64,000 nucleotides of DNA from IMG/VR virus record IMGVR_UViG_3300037420_000470, positions 1 through 64,000 of that record. One strand, written 5' to 3'. The notes beneath the pieces were generated by a model. The model was not told the origin of the DNA. It was given only the letters and a program-made list of their open reading frames with translations, and did not search any database. Position numbers and translations under genes: made by a program. Source of the stretch: a virus (taxonomy: Duplodnaviria; Caudoviricetes). How positions within the stretch are numbered: position 1 is the first letter of the stretch; each line of letters opens with the position of its first letter. Below are positions 46,901-56,020 of the stretch, piece by piece.

Positions 46901-49557
46901 TCCATTGCATCAGCCTCTTCTTTCATTTTGCTGATACGGGTTTCCATCTTACGGTTGTTGTCTTGCTCTGCTTCTATACCTTGCTTAATGCGGTTGTTAT
47001 ATTCTTCAATGGCTTTCAGTTCTCTTGCTTTGACAACTTCCAACAACAGATGCTTTTCCAAGGCAGCATCAGTAGCTTTCGCTTCACCATTCTTACGACG
47101 CTCTTGAATTTGAGCTAATTCATATTCAATGGCAATTTCTTCACGCGCACCTTTAGTTAGCTTGTCGTAATTAGGTCCATACTCCCTCATACTCATTTGA
47201 AGCTGTTTTTGTTCTGTAATAGCAGTGCTTAAGTCTTCCATCTTACTTACGTAAGCATCCAACTCTTTCTTAGCTTCAGAGATTCCATGCTTGTCAACCT
47301 TCATAGCGAAAGGATCATCACCAGTTTCTCTTGGTTTACCTTTCGCTTGATCGGCAGCAATCTTTGCTTGTTCTTTTGCTAATGCAGTTACTTCTTGTTG
47401 CTGCTGGATAGTAGTAGCATACTTCTCCTTAACACCAGCAAGAACTTTATCACGCTCTTTCTCTGCTGCTAAGACTTGGTTGACCCTAGTGTTAAGCACA
47501 CCCGCAATTTGATCCAACCCCTGAGCCTTAGCTTGCTCATATGCACGTTGTTGTGCAGGGGTTAGAGAATTCCTTAAGTCATCAACCTTCTTAGTAGCAG
47601 CATCAACAGCAGATTGCCCTTGCGAGAACACCATCGCTAGTTGCCTTTGCCGTAATGCTTCTGTTTCAGCTTCAGCAGCAGTTTTGCCCTGCTTCATCAA
47701 GTCAATCTGAGTACGCAGACGCTTTGCCTCTTCATCTAGCTTACCATTGAAATCATCAATGTAATTGGTAGCAGATTTGGTAGTATCATTAGCATCATCT
47801 TTAGCTAGTTTGTATTTGACAAATGCAGCACCAGCAATGGCGAGTGCAATACCAACAACACCAAGAGATACTTGAAAGGCTATAGCTGCTGCTCTAGATG
47901 CTAACATAGCGTTTCTAAGAATTAAGAATGCTTCAGCAGCACCAGTAACCAACCCAACAACGAACGATACTGCTTTAAAGCCAAGGAACAACTCAATAGT
48001 AGTCTTAATCAAGCCAATGTTATTAGCCAACCCTAAACCAAAATTAGCTAAAGCAACTGCAATATTCTCAATTCCTTTTTGGAACTCAGGAGAGTTAAAA
48101 ACTGCTTTGAGTTGAGTTGCTATTAACGAGATTTGAGGTTGAATGTTTTGGAATGCACCTAGAAATTGTGTTTCAAGAGTATTCTTGACAGACTTAAGTT
48201 GTCCCTCAATAGTTAAAGCCATTGCTGCAGCACCAGTAGCTGTAAAACCCCAGGATTCGTCAATCTTCTTTGCGTATGCTTCCCAAGCATTGCCACCATC
48301 TTCTGTCTTCTTACGAATTAGGTCAAGACCCTCAACCATCACCTTAGCACCACGCTCATTTGACAACATAGAGATGGCTAATTTTTGGTTCTTCTCGCTA
48401 AGGGTATCTAAGTGAGATGATAGAATTTGGAATACATCAGTCAGAGATTTAAAGTTGCCCTGCTTGTCTTTTAGATCGTCAATTGATAGACCAATTTGTT
48501 TCAAGGCAAGAGTAACTTTATCGCTTCCACTTGCTAATTGCGAATAAAAGTTTTTCAACGCAGTACCAGCAGCAGAACCTTTAATACCAAGGTTAGACAG
48601 TGCAGCGAATGCCGTACCAATGTCAACAATAGTAGCACCGTACAGCTTACCAACTACTGAACCAGCCTTGAACGATTCAGATACACTCTCAACCGACGAC
48701 ATAGAAGCAGCAGCAGTCATCGCAATTACATCTGCTATACGCCCATATGCTGCTGCATCATAGTTCAAGGCTGTACCAACCTGCACAAGTGTTTCAGCAG
48801 CTTTCTCAATTGTCGTTCCACCAACCGTAGCTAAGTTGAGGGCATCTTTAATAGCAGCCATAGCTTGATTTGCATTCAAGCCAGCTAACACCAATACTTC
48901 AAATGCTTTAGCTACTTCTCTAGGTCCATAAACACCCTTACCTAACTCCATGATGGAGTCACGCATTGCATTAATGGATTCTACAGTTTCAATACCACGT
49001 ACACGAATACCTTCAAGTGTGTGCTCTACATCAGCACCTACAGAAACAATACCTTTAAAAGCTGTACCAATAGCAGCACCAACTGCTAGAGGAACCATAT
49101 TACCGTAGGTCATCCACAACACACCTAAGCTGCCTGTCAAGCCACGAGCCATTGCATGAGCATCTTTCATGGCGTTGGTGTTAGTTCTGATGGCTTGGGT
49201 ATTGTTGTTGATTCTACTATTACTGTTTGAGAAGGAATTAGCCATCTTCTCAATGTCAGTTGCCATCTTAGATGTAACACCAAGCAACTGTGCCATAACG
49301 GTTTGCAGTGCAGATGTGTTTCCACTTGTTACACCACTTGCATTAGACACATTACGCAAGGCATTCACTAGATTATTAGCAGATGCAGTAGCAGAGTTAG
49401 AGCTACCGATTAATTTATTAATAGAGTCAGTAAGTTTTGTTACTCGTTTTTCTGCATTGTTTGCAGATGTGCTAAGGCCGCTAAGAGCCGTAGAAGCATC
49501 TTTTATACCATCAGATACAACTTTAATCTGTAGGGTAGAAACATCAACACCTGCCAT
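43927..49557 (-). CDS. Tail tape measure protein
   Basis: 1876 aa, Ala/Gly-rich helical, TM-like segments, SHAGGLSYVPFDGYIAELHKGEAVL near C-terminus. Confidence 0.93.
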   Translation of the reverse strand: MAGVDVSTLQIKVVSDGIKDASTALSGLSTSANNAEKRVTKLTDSINKLIGSSNSATASANNLVNALRNVSNASGVTSGNTSALQTVMAQLLGVTSKMATDIEKMANSFSNSNSRINNNTQAIRTNTNAMKDAHAMARGLTGSLGVLWMTYGNMVPLAVGAAIGTAFKGIVSVGADVEHTLEGIRVRGIETVESINAMRDSIMELGKGVYGPREVAKAFEVLVLAGLNANQAMAAIKDALNLATVGGTTIEKAAETLVQVGTALNYDAAAYGRIADVIAMTAAASMSSVESVSESFKAGSVVGKLYGATIVDIGTAFAALSNLGIKGSAAGTALKNFYSQLASGSDKVTLALKQIGLSIDDLKDKQGNFKSLTDVFQILSSHLDTLSEKNQKLAISMLSNERGAKVMVEGLDLIRKKTEDGGNAWEAYAKKIDESWGFTATGAAAMALTIEGQLKSVKNTLETQFLGAFQNIQPQISLIATQLKAVFNSPEFQKGIENIAVALANFGLGLANNIGLIKTTIELFLGFKAVSFVVGLVTGAAEAFLILRNAMLASRAAAIAFQVSLGVVGIALAIAGAAFVKYKLAKDDANDTTKSATNYIDDFNGKLDEEAKRLRTQIDLMKQGKTAAEAETEALRQRQLAMVFSQGQSAVDAATKKVDDLRNSLTPAQQRAYEQAKAQGLDQIAGVLNTRVNQVLAAEKERDKVLAGVKEKYATTIQQQQEVTALAKEQAKIAADQAKGKPRETGDDPFAMKVDKHGISEAKKELDAYVSKMEDLSTAITEQKQLQMSMREYGPNYDKLTKGAREEIAIEYELAQIQERRKNGEAKATDAALEKHLLLEVVKARELKAIEEYNNRIKQGIEAEQDNNRKMETRISKMKEEADAMEAKVAAYGQLKGAAEELQLQQLIEQRDGLAQLDFMSEQVKKLDELIVQYKRYVEAKKNLGGLEQTDKARDAFDKALDPGKLVEFGDGMSKAFGGIGQAIDKAAKSMDQFGRKQKSIDKARKEMEKATKMDSKERTAREAALSAATLKNEVDMYADMASAAKGFFKEKTVAYKVFDAFETGLRLAQIVLTYQEMQAKVNASTVAAQAKNLEGAASVKNATIDTTTTGVQVGNSMTKAGASVMAGVAKAFEQLGVWGFVGAAAIIAFMASMGVHSGGGSGTSVPIHEERQKVQGTGTVLGNESSKSESLSKALDGLKDSYNMGLEYSSRMLMVLRSINDGITGMAAYVAQTSGLRGTKADELAAGVGSSKSFLGFSSSSTELRDSGLVFDNGQTIASIRDMGVGVHGYQDIHKEKSSFWGLSKSSSDERILSELNDGLKRQIALTVTNIADGAMAAADALGLGSAELKSKLENFGVDIGTISLKGLSGDDLEKELQAAFGKLGDQMAEAISPGFAQFQKIGEGGFETLVRLANGVEVAKNSLDNLGVTMINYNDIVNKHGDIATEIIRQSLVLKEAGSQVANFINEMNGSAQDLIDAYKKLIDVRSSLQGMGLGGDVTRSMIRGSGGLDELQSNLNEFMGQFYSDAEKQAIAMYKLRQQFNALGVAMPTTRDGFKSLVAQLMLGNDQSQELAGRVMVLSGAFADATQGMEDSIDDARSALRDAYGKEADSLQNLQEKMQGFSDSLKEFKNSLIMGDMSPLSTSEKYATALAKYNDISLRAQAGDADAISQFQAAANDLLKYSRDVYASGATYMQDFERVLNETAAVQQNAQSQADNATQQLDLLKQQVGKLIDIDDSVKTVAQAILDLQAVMNGMPTTASVDGSHAGGLSYVPFDGYIAELHKGEAVLTAQENKEYQMNYSNYGTANTVALVSEIKSLREEVKQLRADQAQQTSSLIASNYDASERNANTIVEGTKEAAVDAAYLERTKIGLN

Positions 49558-49574
49558 ATTCAGTCCTTATTTTC

Positions 49575-50003
49575 TCATTCGTCTTTAGGTTCCTTCTTCC
49601 TCTTCATTGAACGGAACACAGATTTCAGTTTGTTAGCTACAGCTTCACGATCAATCGTTTCTTCCACATACGTATATGGAGCAGGACGATCTTTTGCTGA
49701 CGCTTGATTGTATTCTCCTACATAGGCTTCACTCATCTCTTTAATCATGAGTTTTTCCCAAGTAGATAATTCTAGTCCAGTGACTTCAAGCCAGCTTTCA
49801 ATCTCTTGCCAAGGGAGAGGGAATATTCCCATCCCTGTAGCAGAACATAAACCGGCCTCATGTAGCAGAGATACTAAGTATTCTGCACCTTCAATTTTGG
49901 GGAGTTTTAGAAATGATGAGTTCTCGTCTAAAGCCTTGTAAGATTTTAGACGAGACACTTTAGAACCTTCAGGAGTGGCATGCAGCCATCCTAAGTGACG
50001 CAT
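49575..50003 (-). CDS. Tail assembly chaperone GT part (-1 frame)
   Basis: Between chaperone and tape measure; frame open upstream to the slippery site. Confidence 0.8.
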   Translation of the reverse strand: MRHLGWLHATPEGSKVSRLKSYKALDENSSFLKLPKIEGAEYLVSLLHEAGLCSATGMGIFPLPWQEIESWLEVTGLELSTWEKLMIKEMSEAYVGEYNQASAKDRPAPYTYVEETIDREAVANKLKSVFRSMKRKKEPKDE

Positions 50004-50023
50004 ATGGAGAAATAGAGACTCCT

Positions 50024-50422
50024 TTATGCCTTCAAAAAATTAGAAGTGTCTCCTAATCCTTGATCAACTTGGTCTTTCAGCCAACCAAATGCGGGGTCAC
50101 TGTATAGTTCACGGAAGGAAGCATCGTTATCAACTGGCTTACCTTTGTAGGAGAGATTGATAGCTTTCTCACTGCAAGCAACAAGCAGGTCAATACCCTC
50201 TTCACGCATCACTTCTGCACTCACTTGTTTCTTGCCACGTTTAAGCTGGCGGTTTTGCATAGCCGTAACAGCGTTACGGTATTGTGCTGAACTCGTGCCA
50301 TACAACACGATAGCAACCTGCTCTTTCTTTTCTTCGTCAGCGAACAAGAGTTCATCAGTGACAGGATGGCGCAGTTGCAGTTCAACAGTGTCCTTCAGGG
50401 ACAGGGAATCGAGATTAAACAT
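50024..50422 (-). CDS. Tail assembly chaperone (gpG-like)
   Basis: After the tail tube gene; LQLRHPVT, ends SNFLKA. Confidence 0.85.
   Translation of the reverse strand: MFNLDSLSLKDTVELQLRHPVTDELLFADEEKKEQVAIVLYGTSSAQYRNAVTAMQNRQLKRGKKQVSAEVMREEGIDLLVACSEKAINLSYKGKPVDNDASFRELYSDPAFGWLKDQVDQGLGDTSNFLKA
50033..50039 (-). promoter_or_regulatory. Programmed -1 frameshift heptamer T TTT TTG
   Basis: In-frame codons aaT TTT TTG; -1 frame reads FEGIKESLFLH into MRHLGW without a stop. Confidence 0.8.
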
Positions 50423-50483
50423 AATTTTGTTACCTTTCTGGTAGATTAAATAGTTGCTCTCTTTGGAGCATTAAATAATTAAA

Positions 50484-50512
50484 TATAAGGCGACTCAAAG
50501 AGCCACCTTATA
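50484..50512 (-). terminator. Hairpin after the tail tube gene
   Basis: TATAAGGCGACTC-AAA-GAGCCACCTTATA. Confidence 0.55.
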
Positions 50513-50514
50513 AT

Positions 50515-50530
50515 TTCTCATTAATGAGAA
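50515..50530. repeat. Palindrome TTCTCATWWATGAGAA, copy 6
   Basis: TTCTCATTAATGAGAA, 9 bp past the tail tube stop. Confidence 0.95.
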
Positions 50531-50539
50531 AACTAGTTA

Positions 50540-50983
50540 TTAAATTTCAACGATGTCCGAATCCACTTCAATCGTAGTGGTAGCACCAGTGATTTGATCA
50601 ACAGAGCCAACCGAAGTCTTATAGCTCATTACTTTGCCAGTGAAGTAGTTCTTCGTACCGTCTTGCAGAGTAACCTTGAACGAGAACGAAGCATCCGAAT
50701 CCAATGCATTGATCAGAGCAGTTTGACCAGTGTTGTCAGTGTCACGGCCCATTTGCAGTTGCAGAGAACCGTTGTTATAAGAACCTTTGAACTTCTTAAC
50801 TTGACGTTGACCAAGTGCGGTATGATTCACTACCGAATACTCAGTACCGAATTCACCCAAGTCAGTGATTTCACCAACTTCAACGTATGTCAGACCAACA
50901 GCTTCAAAGCCAGCTTGATCGTAAGTAGTAGGTACGCCGGTAGCGATGTACAGTTTAGAACCGGCAGATGTCATAACAGCCAT
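50540..50983 (-). CDS. Major tail tube protein
   Basis: VGEITDLGEFG, KFKGSYNNGSL; strongly biased codons. Confidence 0.9.
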   Translation of the reverse strand: MAVMTSAGSKLYIATGVPTTYDQAGFEAVGLTYVEVGEITDLGEFGTEYSVVNHTALGQRQVKKFKGSYNNGSLQLQMGRDTDNTGQTALINALDSDASFSFKVTLQDGTKNYFTGKVMSYKTSVGSVDQITGATTTIEVDSDIVEI

Positions 50984-51011
50984 GTGTATTTCCTTTAATT
51001 AAAGTTTATAA

Positions 51012-51428
51012 TTACGATACTCTCTCGTATCGATATTTAATTGTTACAGGTACAACAACCCACCCTGATTCATCAAGTAATGATGGTTCAGCAGTTGGAG
51101 TGCCTTCGATAGATACATCACCTGTTTTTGGGAGCATGGGGAAGATATCAATTACAGACTGAGCAAGTGTCTCTGCAGCCTTCATACCTTTTCCTTGTTG
51201 CACCCAACAGTTGACTTGAAAAATTCCATACAACGTACTACGCTGACCACTTAATTCAATGTTCATTGTTACGTTGGGAATAAGAAAACATTCTAAAAAT
51301 ACGCTTCCAGATGTTGTAGGCTTTGTGAAAGGTACGTTCTGAAATGCAATTGGTATTTTTGGTGATTGAGCATCAGCCCAAGTTTTAAGCCGTGTTTCCA
51401 ATTCGGCTCTGATTATTGAATTACTCAT
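51012..51428 (-). CDS. Tail terminator protein
   Basis: IAFQNVPFTKP, GIFQVN, VPVTIKYR; synteny. Confidence 0.8.
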   Translation of the reverse strand: MSNSIIRAELETRLKTWADAQSPKIPIAFQNVPFTKPTTSGSVFLECFLIPNVTMNIELSGQRSTLYGIFQVNCWVQQGKGMKAAETLAQSVIDIFPMLPKTGDVSIEGTPTAEPSLLDESGWVVVPVTIKYRYERVS

Positions 51429-51838
51429 CTGTATTTAGCCGCCACTGCTTGAAGTGAAAGTGCTACCATTCGATAAGGTGGTGTACCCTTCCATTGTGGT
51501 GGATTCCAGCCAGTTACTTCCGCAAGATACGAATACGGTATGTTGTTAGATAGTGTGTAGGAAATCTCACTTTTAAAATTAGAATTCCCAACCTTAACAA
51601 CTGAATTAATACGGGCAAGACTCCCACCACCAGCCTTATCTGCACTGCTCGTAGTATTTGAAGAAAAGCTAGAACCAACTTCAGGAAACCAATTATTGAT
51701 CAACAGCCCTTTATCAATTGGTGTGGTCTTTACGATTGCTACAAACAATTCATGAGCTATAATTTGGATACGATGCTCTGCCTTCTCTAACAACTTCTGA
51801 CTATTCTTAGCAACCGATGCACCAAAACCCGTAGCCAT
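51425..51838 (-). CDS. Neck / tail completion protein (HK97 gp10-like)
   Basis: TPIDKGLLINNW, SNNIPY; synteny. Confidence 0.8.
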   Translation of the reverse strand: MATGFGASVAKNSQKLLEKAEHRIQIIAHELFVAIVKTTPIDKGLLINNWFPEVGSSFSSNTTSSADKAGGGSLARINSVVKVGNSNFKSEISYTLSNNIPYSYLAEVTGWNPPQWKGTPPYRMVALSLQAVAAKYR

Positions 51839-52278
51839 TATCGCCTCAAGTAAAATTCGTAGAGAATCGCACCTGTGCCTGTTGGATCAAGTGCCTTGAC
51901 ATTGAAAATCTTATAATCAACAGCACCAACTTTCACTCTGTCTGCTGCAACATTCTCTGTGTACAATCCAGCAGGAGTAGTGGTTTCAAGCATGTCAGCA
52001 GAAGGAACAAGATAAAGAACCTTATCCCCTTCTTGTATCATTGTTCCGCTTTGAACACCCATGCCGTTCTGCTTCAGTTGTAAATCCATCAGAATACCTT
52101 TAACGGAGAACTGATTTACGTCAGCAGTGAAAGTACCTGTAGTTGGATCATATGTACCCATAGACGTATCTGAAGCATCGTAAGGGTTGTTCCCTTTTTG
52201 GTGATAGTAGGTAACGGTGTCTCCGAAATCTGCTATCATTTCAGCTATAGCTTTTTGAAAATCTGAGAGGTCAGCCAT
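51838..52278 (-). CDS. Head closure protein
   Basis: IQEGDKVLY; synteny. Confidence 0.75.
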   Translation of the reverse strand: MADLSDFQKAIAEMIADFGDTVTYYHQKGNNPYDASDTSMGTYDPTTGTFTADVNQFSVKGILMDLQLKQNGMGVQSGTMIQEGDKVLYLVPSADMLETTTPAGLYTENVAADRVKVGAVDYKIFNVKALDPTGTGAILYEFYLRR

Positions 52279-52286
52279 AGAACCTC

Positions 52287-52670
52287 TTAAAATTCAAATG
52301 TTGTACAAGAGTATTCTTCGTTCCACTCATCCATGAATGCAATCAATGGATGATCTTCTGTAGTATTCACGTAGGGAACCGGAGATACAGACATAAGATG
52401 TGGATTGAGAATTGTTAGCTTAATGAATTGTACGTAGTTATCAAATTGTTCATTTGACCACGTTTCAATCTGTGCTAATTTCCTATGCGTCTTAGCTGTC
52501 AAAGTAGCTAAGATGTATTGAGCGCATAGTGCTGCTGCTCTTGGAACATTATCACTGCAATCTTCAAGAGCAGAGTTAATTACAGAGTCAGGCAGGATTG
52601 GCAAGTCACTCCAATCACCTATACGAAGCCTAATCTTGCCAATTGATGTTGTTGGGTCTATTACTGTCAT
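52287..52670 (-). CDS. Head-tail adaptor protein
   Basis: IGKIRLRIGD...ILPD; synteny. Confidence 0.8.
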   Translation of the reverse strand: MTVIDPTTSIGKIRLRIGDWSDLPILPDSVINSALEDCSDNVPRAAALCAQYILATLTAKTHRKLAQIETWSNEQFDNYVQFIKLTILNPHLMSVSPVPYVNTTEDHPLIAFMDEWNEEYSCTTFEF

Positions 52671-52764
52671 AGGTTCCTTTAAGTTTCATTTAATGGTGAG
52701 AGATTGCTCAGGCGGGCTGGTGATTTCGGTCTGCTTATCCGTTGATGCTTGACGATCAGCGCGG

Positions 52765-54318
52765 TCAAGCAACAGCGACTTCGTACATCATTTTCTTGAC
52801 GCGATAGGTCAGCTTCCCGGTTGTGGCCTTCATCTTCACATTCCAGTACGGCGTGACCGAAGTAAGCGTTCCCGCGTAGACGGTAGTATTTGCCACCAAT
52901 GGCGGCGAGCGGAATGTGAGTACATCACCATTAAGGAAATCCGGGTCAGGCTCTGCAGAGGTTGGGTTCAAATAGGCTAAAAACGGATTCCCCGTAGCTC
53001 CGATCAAGCGCAAAAACGGGATGATCATCCTCATGTTTTCCGCACCACTGACCAACTCGAACTGCATCACGGAACTGAACAGAGTATTAGCACCATTGGT
53101 CTGTGTGGAGGTAGCAATCGATACGTACTGGAATTCCTGATTTGCTACTGCGGCGAGCGGTGTAATGGATAGCAGTGCGCCGGGGGTTTCCGCAACGGCG
53201 GTATAGTTTGCAAGTGTGGTGCCCGTGATCGATAAGCCAGTCGGCACCGTGCCGGTTACATTTATTCCGCTCGCTGCCGCCGATCCCAGTAAAAATTTAT
53301 TCGCGCTGACCTGCGCAAGTGTCGAATAGAAACTATTTGCGATCCGGTTGATTGTCGCTGCCAGTCGGCGCGCATTGAGGACTGCGCCCTTGAAGTTGGG
53401 ATGCGGTCCAGCGTCGGTATAGATCGGCGCAGCCGTCGTTCCGAGCGGCATTCCTGGAAGGCTCTGATTTTCATACGCATCCTGGCGCGTGACAAAAATA
53501 TTCACGCTATCATCCAGGCTCAGCACAAAATCACGGATTGCAATGTAGTTGGCAATGTAATTCCCCGTGCCGTTTCCGCCGTTCTGATTGGTGTAGCCGA
53601 ATGAGGGGTGCGGCGTCCCGATCAGGATCTTCACGCCCGGCCACGTCGTCTGCAATTTGTCGATCAGCGTCAGCAGATCGCCTTTCATAGTCGAGACAGA
53701 ATGGCCTTGCGTGATCGAGTTCTCAAGGAGGGCGTGCATGAACACGAGTTTTGGAGTAACGCCGGCCGTAGCGAGGCGGCTTAGGAAGTTGGTTCCGCCG
53801 AGGTTAATATTGCCAGCGCCGAATACATCGGTGTTTATGTCTGTCAGTGTTTTCCCGGATGCGCCAAACACACCATAGTTATCGACGGTCTGCGTCGTCT
53901 GCGCGGGGCTTTGGTAGTTGGCATACGTGAAGGTCAGCGGCGCGTCCTTTGCAAAGGTATTCGCCCAATGCATTTCAGAGTTGGTAGCCCACCTGCTGCC
54001 TGCCGCGCCCGTAAAGTCGCTCACACGACACTGCGCGGCAATGGAGTTGCCAATGCAGATTGTGGTAAGCAGAGGCATGCTGACACCTGCAGCGATGGGC
54101 GTGATAGCGCCATCCGGCCCAACCAACCCCGTGACATTGCCGGCTGCATCCTTAGCATATTTAGGAACATTTGCTAATGCCAACCTGCCATTATCATCAA
54201 CAGGAATATTATCCCCAACTAGATAAGATGTTACATTATCTGTACCAGAACCAACAGCGGTAACAATTTCACTATTCTCGTTGAGTCCCCAAACACTTGT
54301 CACTTTCTTGTTTGTCAT
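52765..54318 (-). CDS. SGNH/GDSL esterase-domain protein, probably virion-associated
   Basis: CIGNSIA (block I), FGASG (block II), DAGPHPN (block V); visibly GC-rich relative to neighbours. Confidence 0.7.
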   Translation of the reverse strand: MTNKKVTSVWGLNENSEIVTAVGSGTDNVTSYLVGDNIPVDDNGRLALANVPKYAKDAAGNVTGLVGPDGAITPIAAGVSMPLLTTICIGNSIAAQCRVSDFTGAAGSRWATNSEMHWANTFAKDAPLTFTYANYQSPAQTTQTVDNYGVFGASGKTLTDINTDVFGAGNINLGGTNFLSRLATAGVTPKLVFMHALLENSITQGHSVSTMKGDLLTLIDKLQTTWPGVKILIGTPHPSFGYTNQNGGNGTGNYIANYIAIRDFVLSLDDSVNIFVTRQDAYENQSLPGMPLGTTAAPIYTDAGPHPNFKGAVLNARRLAATINRIANSFYSTLAQVSANKFLLGSAAASGINVTGTVPTGLSITGTTLANYTAVAETPGALLSITPLAAVANQEFQYVSIATSTQTNGANTLFSSVMQFELVSGAENMRMIIPFLRLIGATGNPFLAYLNPTSAEPDPDFLNGDVLTFRSPPLVANTTVYAGTLTSVTPYWNVKMKATTGKLTYRVKKMMYEVAVA

Positions 54319-54467
54319 TTAGTTCCTTAATATTATTTGTTGTATGTTGTCCACCAGTACTTGCGCTGCAAGATAAGTTTTAGTGTCAAATCCAAGATGT
54401 CACTACAACGTGAGCGCAATTTACCTATGCTAATGGTTGGATCAATTACTATCATCAATTTCTTCCA

Positions 54468-54522
54468 TGTTCTTTCTACATCCTAACCTAAGATGTAGAA
54501 AGAACAGCCCTCCGAAGAGGGC
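54468..54522 (-). terminator. UUCG terminator after the capsid gene, abutting a 15-bp perfect hairpin
   Basis: GCCCTC-TTCG-GAGGGC (54522-54507); TGTTCTTTCTACATC / GATGTAGAAAGAACA (54468-54482 / 54492-54506). Confidence 0.7.
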
Positions 54523-54534
54523 ATGGATACAAGA

Positions 54535-55551
54535 TTAGTTAGAACTTGTAAACTCTACAACCATCGCTGGACGCAACAGAGCATTCACGAAGTTCGATTC
54601 AGATTCAATTTCAATCTTCGTACCTTTGCTGTCAGCCGATTCAAACATGTAAACTTGCTCACCGAGCGTATTCACAAAACCGAAGCGGTTAGCGGGGGAG
54701 AAGTACGTTTTGAAAGCGTTCTGAGTGCCGGTAGGGATCATGTAAGCTTTGCCTGTAGGGACCAGACGATTACCAGCATACGTGTCGCGCATTTCGACAA
54801 AACGCGTACCACCGTAAACGAATTCACGATGCAAAGCCATCGCACCACCCAGACGTTGACGCAGAGGTTCTTGTGTCGAAGCGTAGTATTGATACGCGGT
54901 TTTCACAGAAGCGTGAGCGATCAGTTTAGCGAAGAATTCAGGCGAAGTCAGAACAACAGTACCAGTGAAAGTTTCACCGTTGGCATTGTCTTGAATCTGA
55001 GCGATACCAGCTTCAATCTTAGCAAGAACTTCAGTAGTCGAAGTACCGAGAGTGAAGTCAACCGACAAACGGGTAACACCGAACTCTGTATTCCAATCTT
55101 GAGTTACAGTGCCGTTAGGTGCGTACACTGTACCAGCAGTGATAGCTTGAGCACGAGCGTATTCCAACGTCCAAGCGTGATTTTGACGAATGCGCTCCAT
55201 TTTACGTGCGCGAACAGCTTCCAGTGTCTCAGCTTCCGAAGCAGAACCATAGGCACGTTTGCCTTGGATATCTTGCGGAGAGATTGCGTCATCATACGGG
55301 AAATGAGGAACAGCAAAGGTATGCAGCTTGCGCGAGCTATCTTTACCAACGGTAGCACGATCACCACGAACGCGGTCAACGATCAATGCACCATCCCTTG
55401 TGATTTCTTCAAACACAACAACGTGTTCGGGTACAGACTCTTCATTGAAGATACCGAGTTGACCAATTGTACCCCATTGATTCGGGATTACATTGATTTC
55501 TTGGGTCCAATCCTGTACTTCAAAATTATTTCCAAAACTTCTGATAATCAT
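54535..55551 (-). CDS. Major capsid protein (lambda E-like family)
   Basis: IPNQWGTIGQLGIF, VPHFPYDDAI, ESESNFVNALLRP; optimal codons. Confidence 0.93.
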   Translation of the reverse strand: MIIRSFGNNFEVQDWTQEINVIPNQWGTIGQLGIFNEESVPEHVVVFEEITRDGALIVDRVRGDRATVGKDSSRKLHTFAVPHFPYDDAISPQDIQGKRAYGSASEAETLEAVRARKMERIRQNHAWTLEYARAQAITAGTVYAPNGTVTQDWNTEFGVTRLSVDFTLGTSTTEVLAKIEAGIAQIQDNANGETFTGTVVLTSPEFFAKLIAHASVKTAYQYYASTQEPLRQRLGGAMALHREFVYGGTRFVEMRDTYAGNRLVPTGKAYMIPTGTQNAFKTYFSPANRFGFVNTLGEQVYMFESADSKGTKIEIESESNFVNALLRPAMVVEFTSSN

Positions 55552-55581
55552 TTTACTTATTTCCTATTCTTTCAATTTCAA

Positions 55582-55986
55582 TTAAGCGGCAGTTTCAACC
55601 AGAATGCCAACAGGAGCCAGCGCCGATTTAACAGCAGAAGCGGTTGTACCAGTACCGAGTTGAAGAGCAGAGTCAGCAACGATCACAGGACCACGTACCA
55701 ATACCAACACTTTGGTATCGGTAGCATTGGCAAGAGCGATGTCACCAGAATTGCCAGCACCATCAGCGATGACGATAGCAGCAGGAGTTTGCGAACCATC
55801 ACCAGCAGCAGATGCGCAGAGTTTGTACTTGCCAGTGCCAGTCACTTTACCGAGGACTGCACCAACTTTCAGGGTTTGAGCAGAGTCATTTACCGTGACA
55901 ACTTCACGGCAGTACGACAGTGAAGGCTCGTATTCATGTTTTACCAGAGCCGAAAAGCGTGTGGAGCTTGTAGCGAGAACAGCCAT
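55582..55986 (-). CDS. Head decoration protein
   Basis: GAVLGKVTGTGKY...DGSQTPAAI; upstream of the capsid gene. Confidence 0.88.
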   Translation of the reverse strand: MAVLATSSTRFSALVKHEYEPSLSYCREVVTVNDSAQTLKVGAVLGKVTGTGKYKLCASAAGDGSQTPAAIVIADGAGNSGDIALANATDTKVLVLVRGPVIVADSALQLGTGTTASAVKSALAPVGILVETAA

Positions 55987-56020
55987 TTAAAATTTCCTTT
56001 ATGTATATTAAGTTTGATGA

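Noticed and set aside
54523-55923. 466-aa + strand ORF antisense to the capsid and decoration genes
   Set aside because: Shadow ORF expected from strongly biased codons on the coding strand; no RBS or protein-like motifs.
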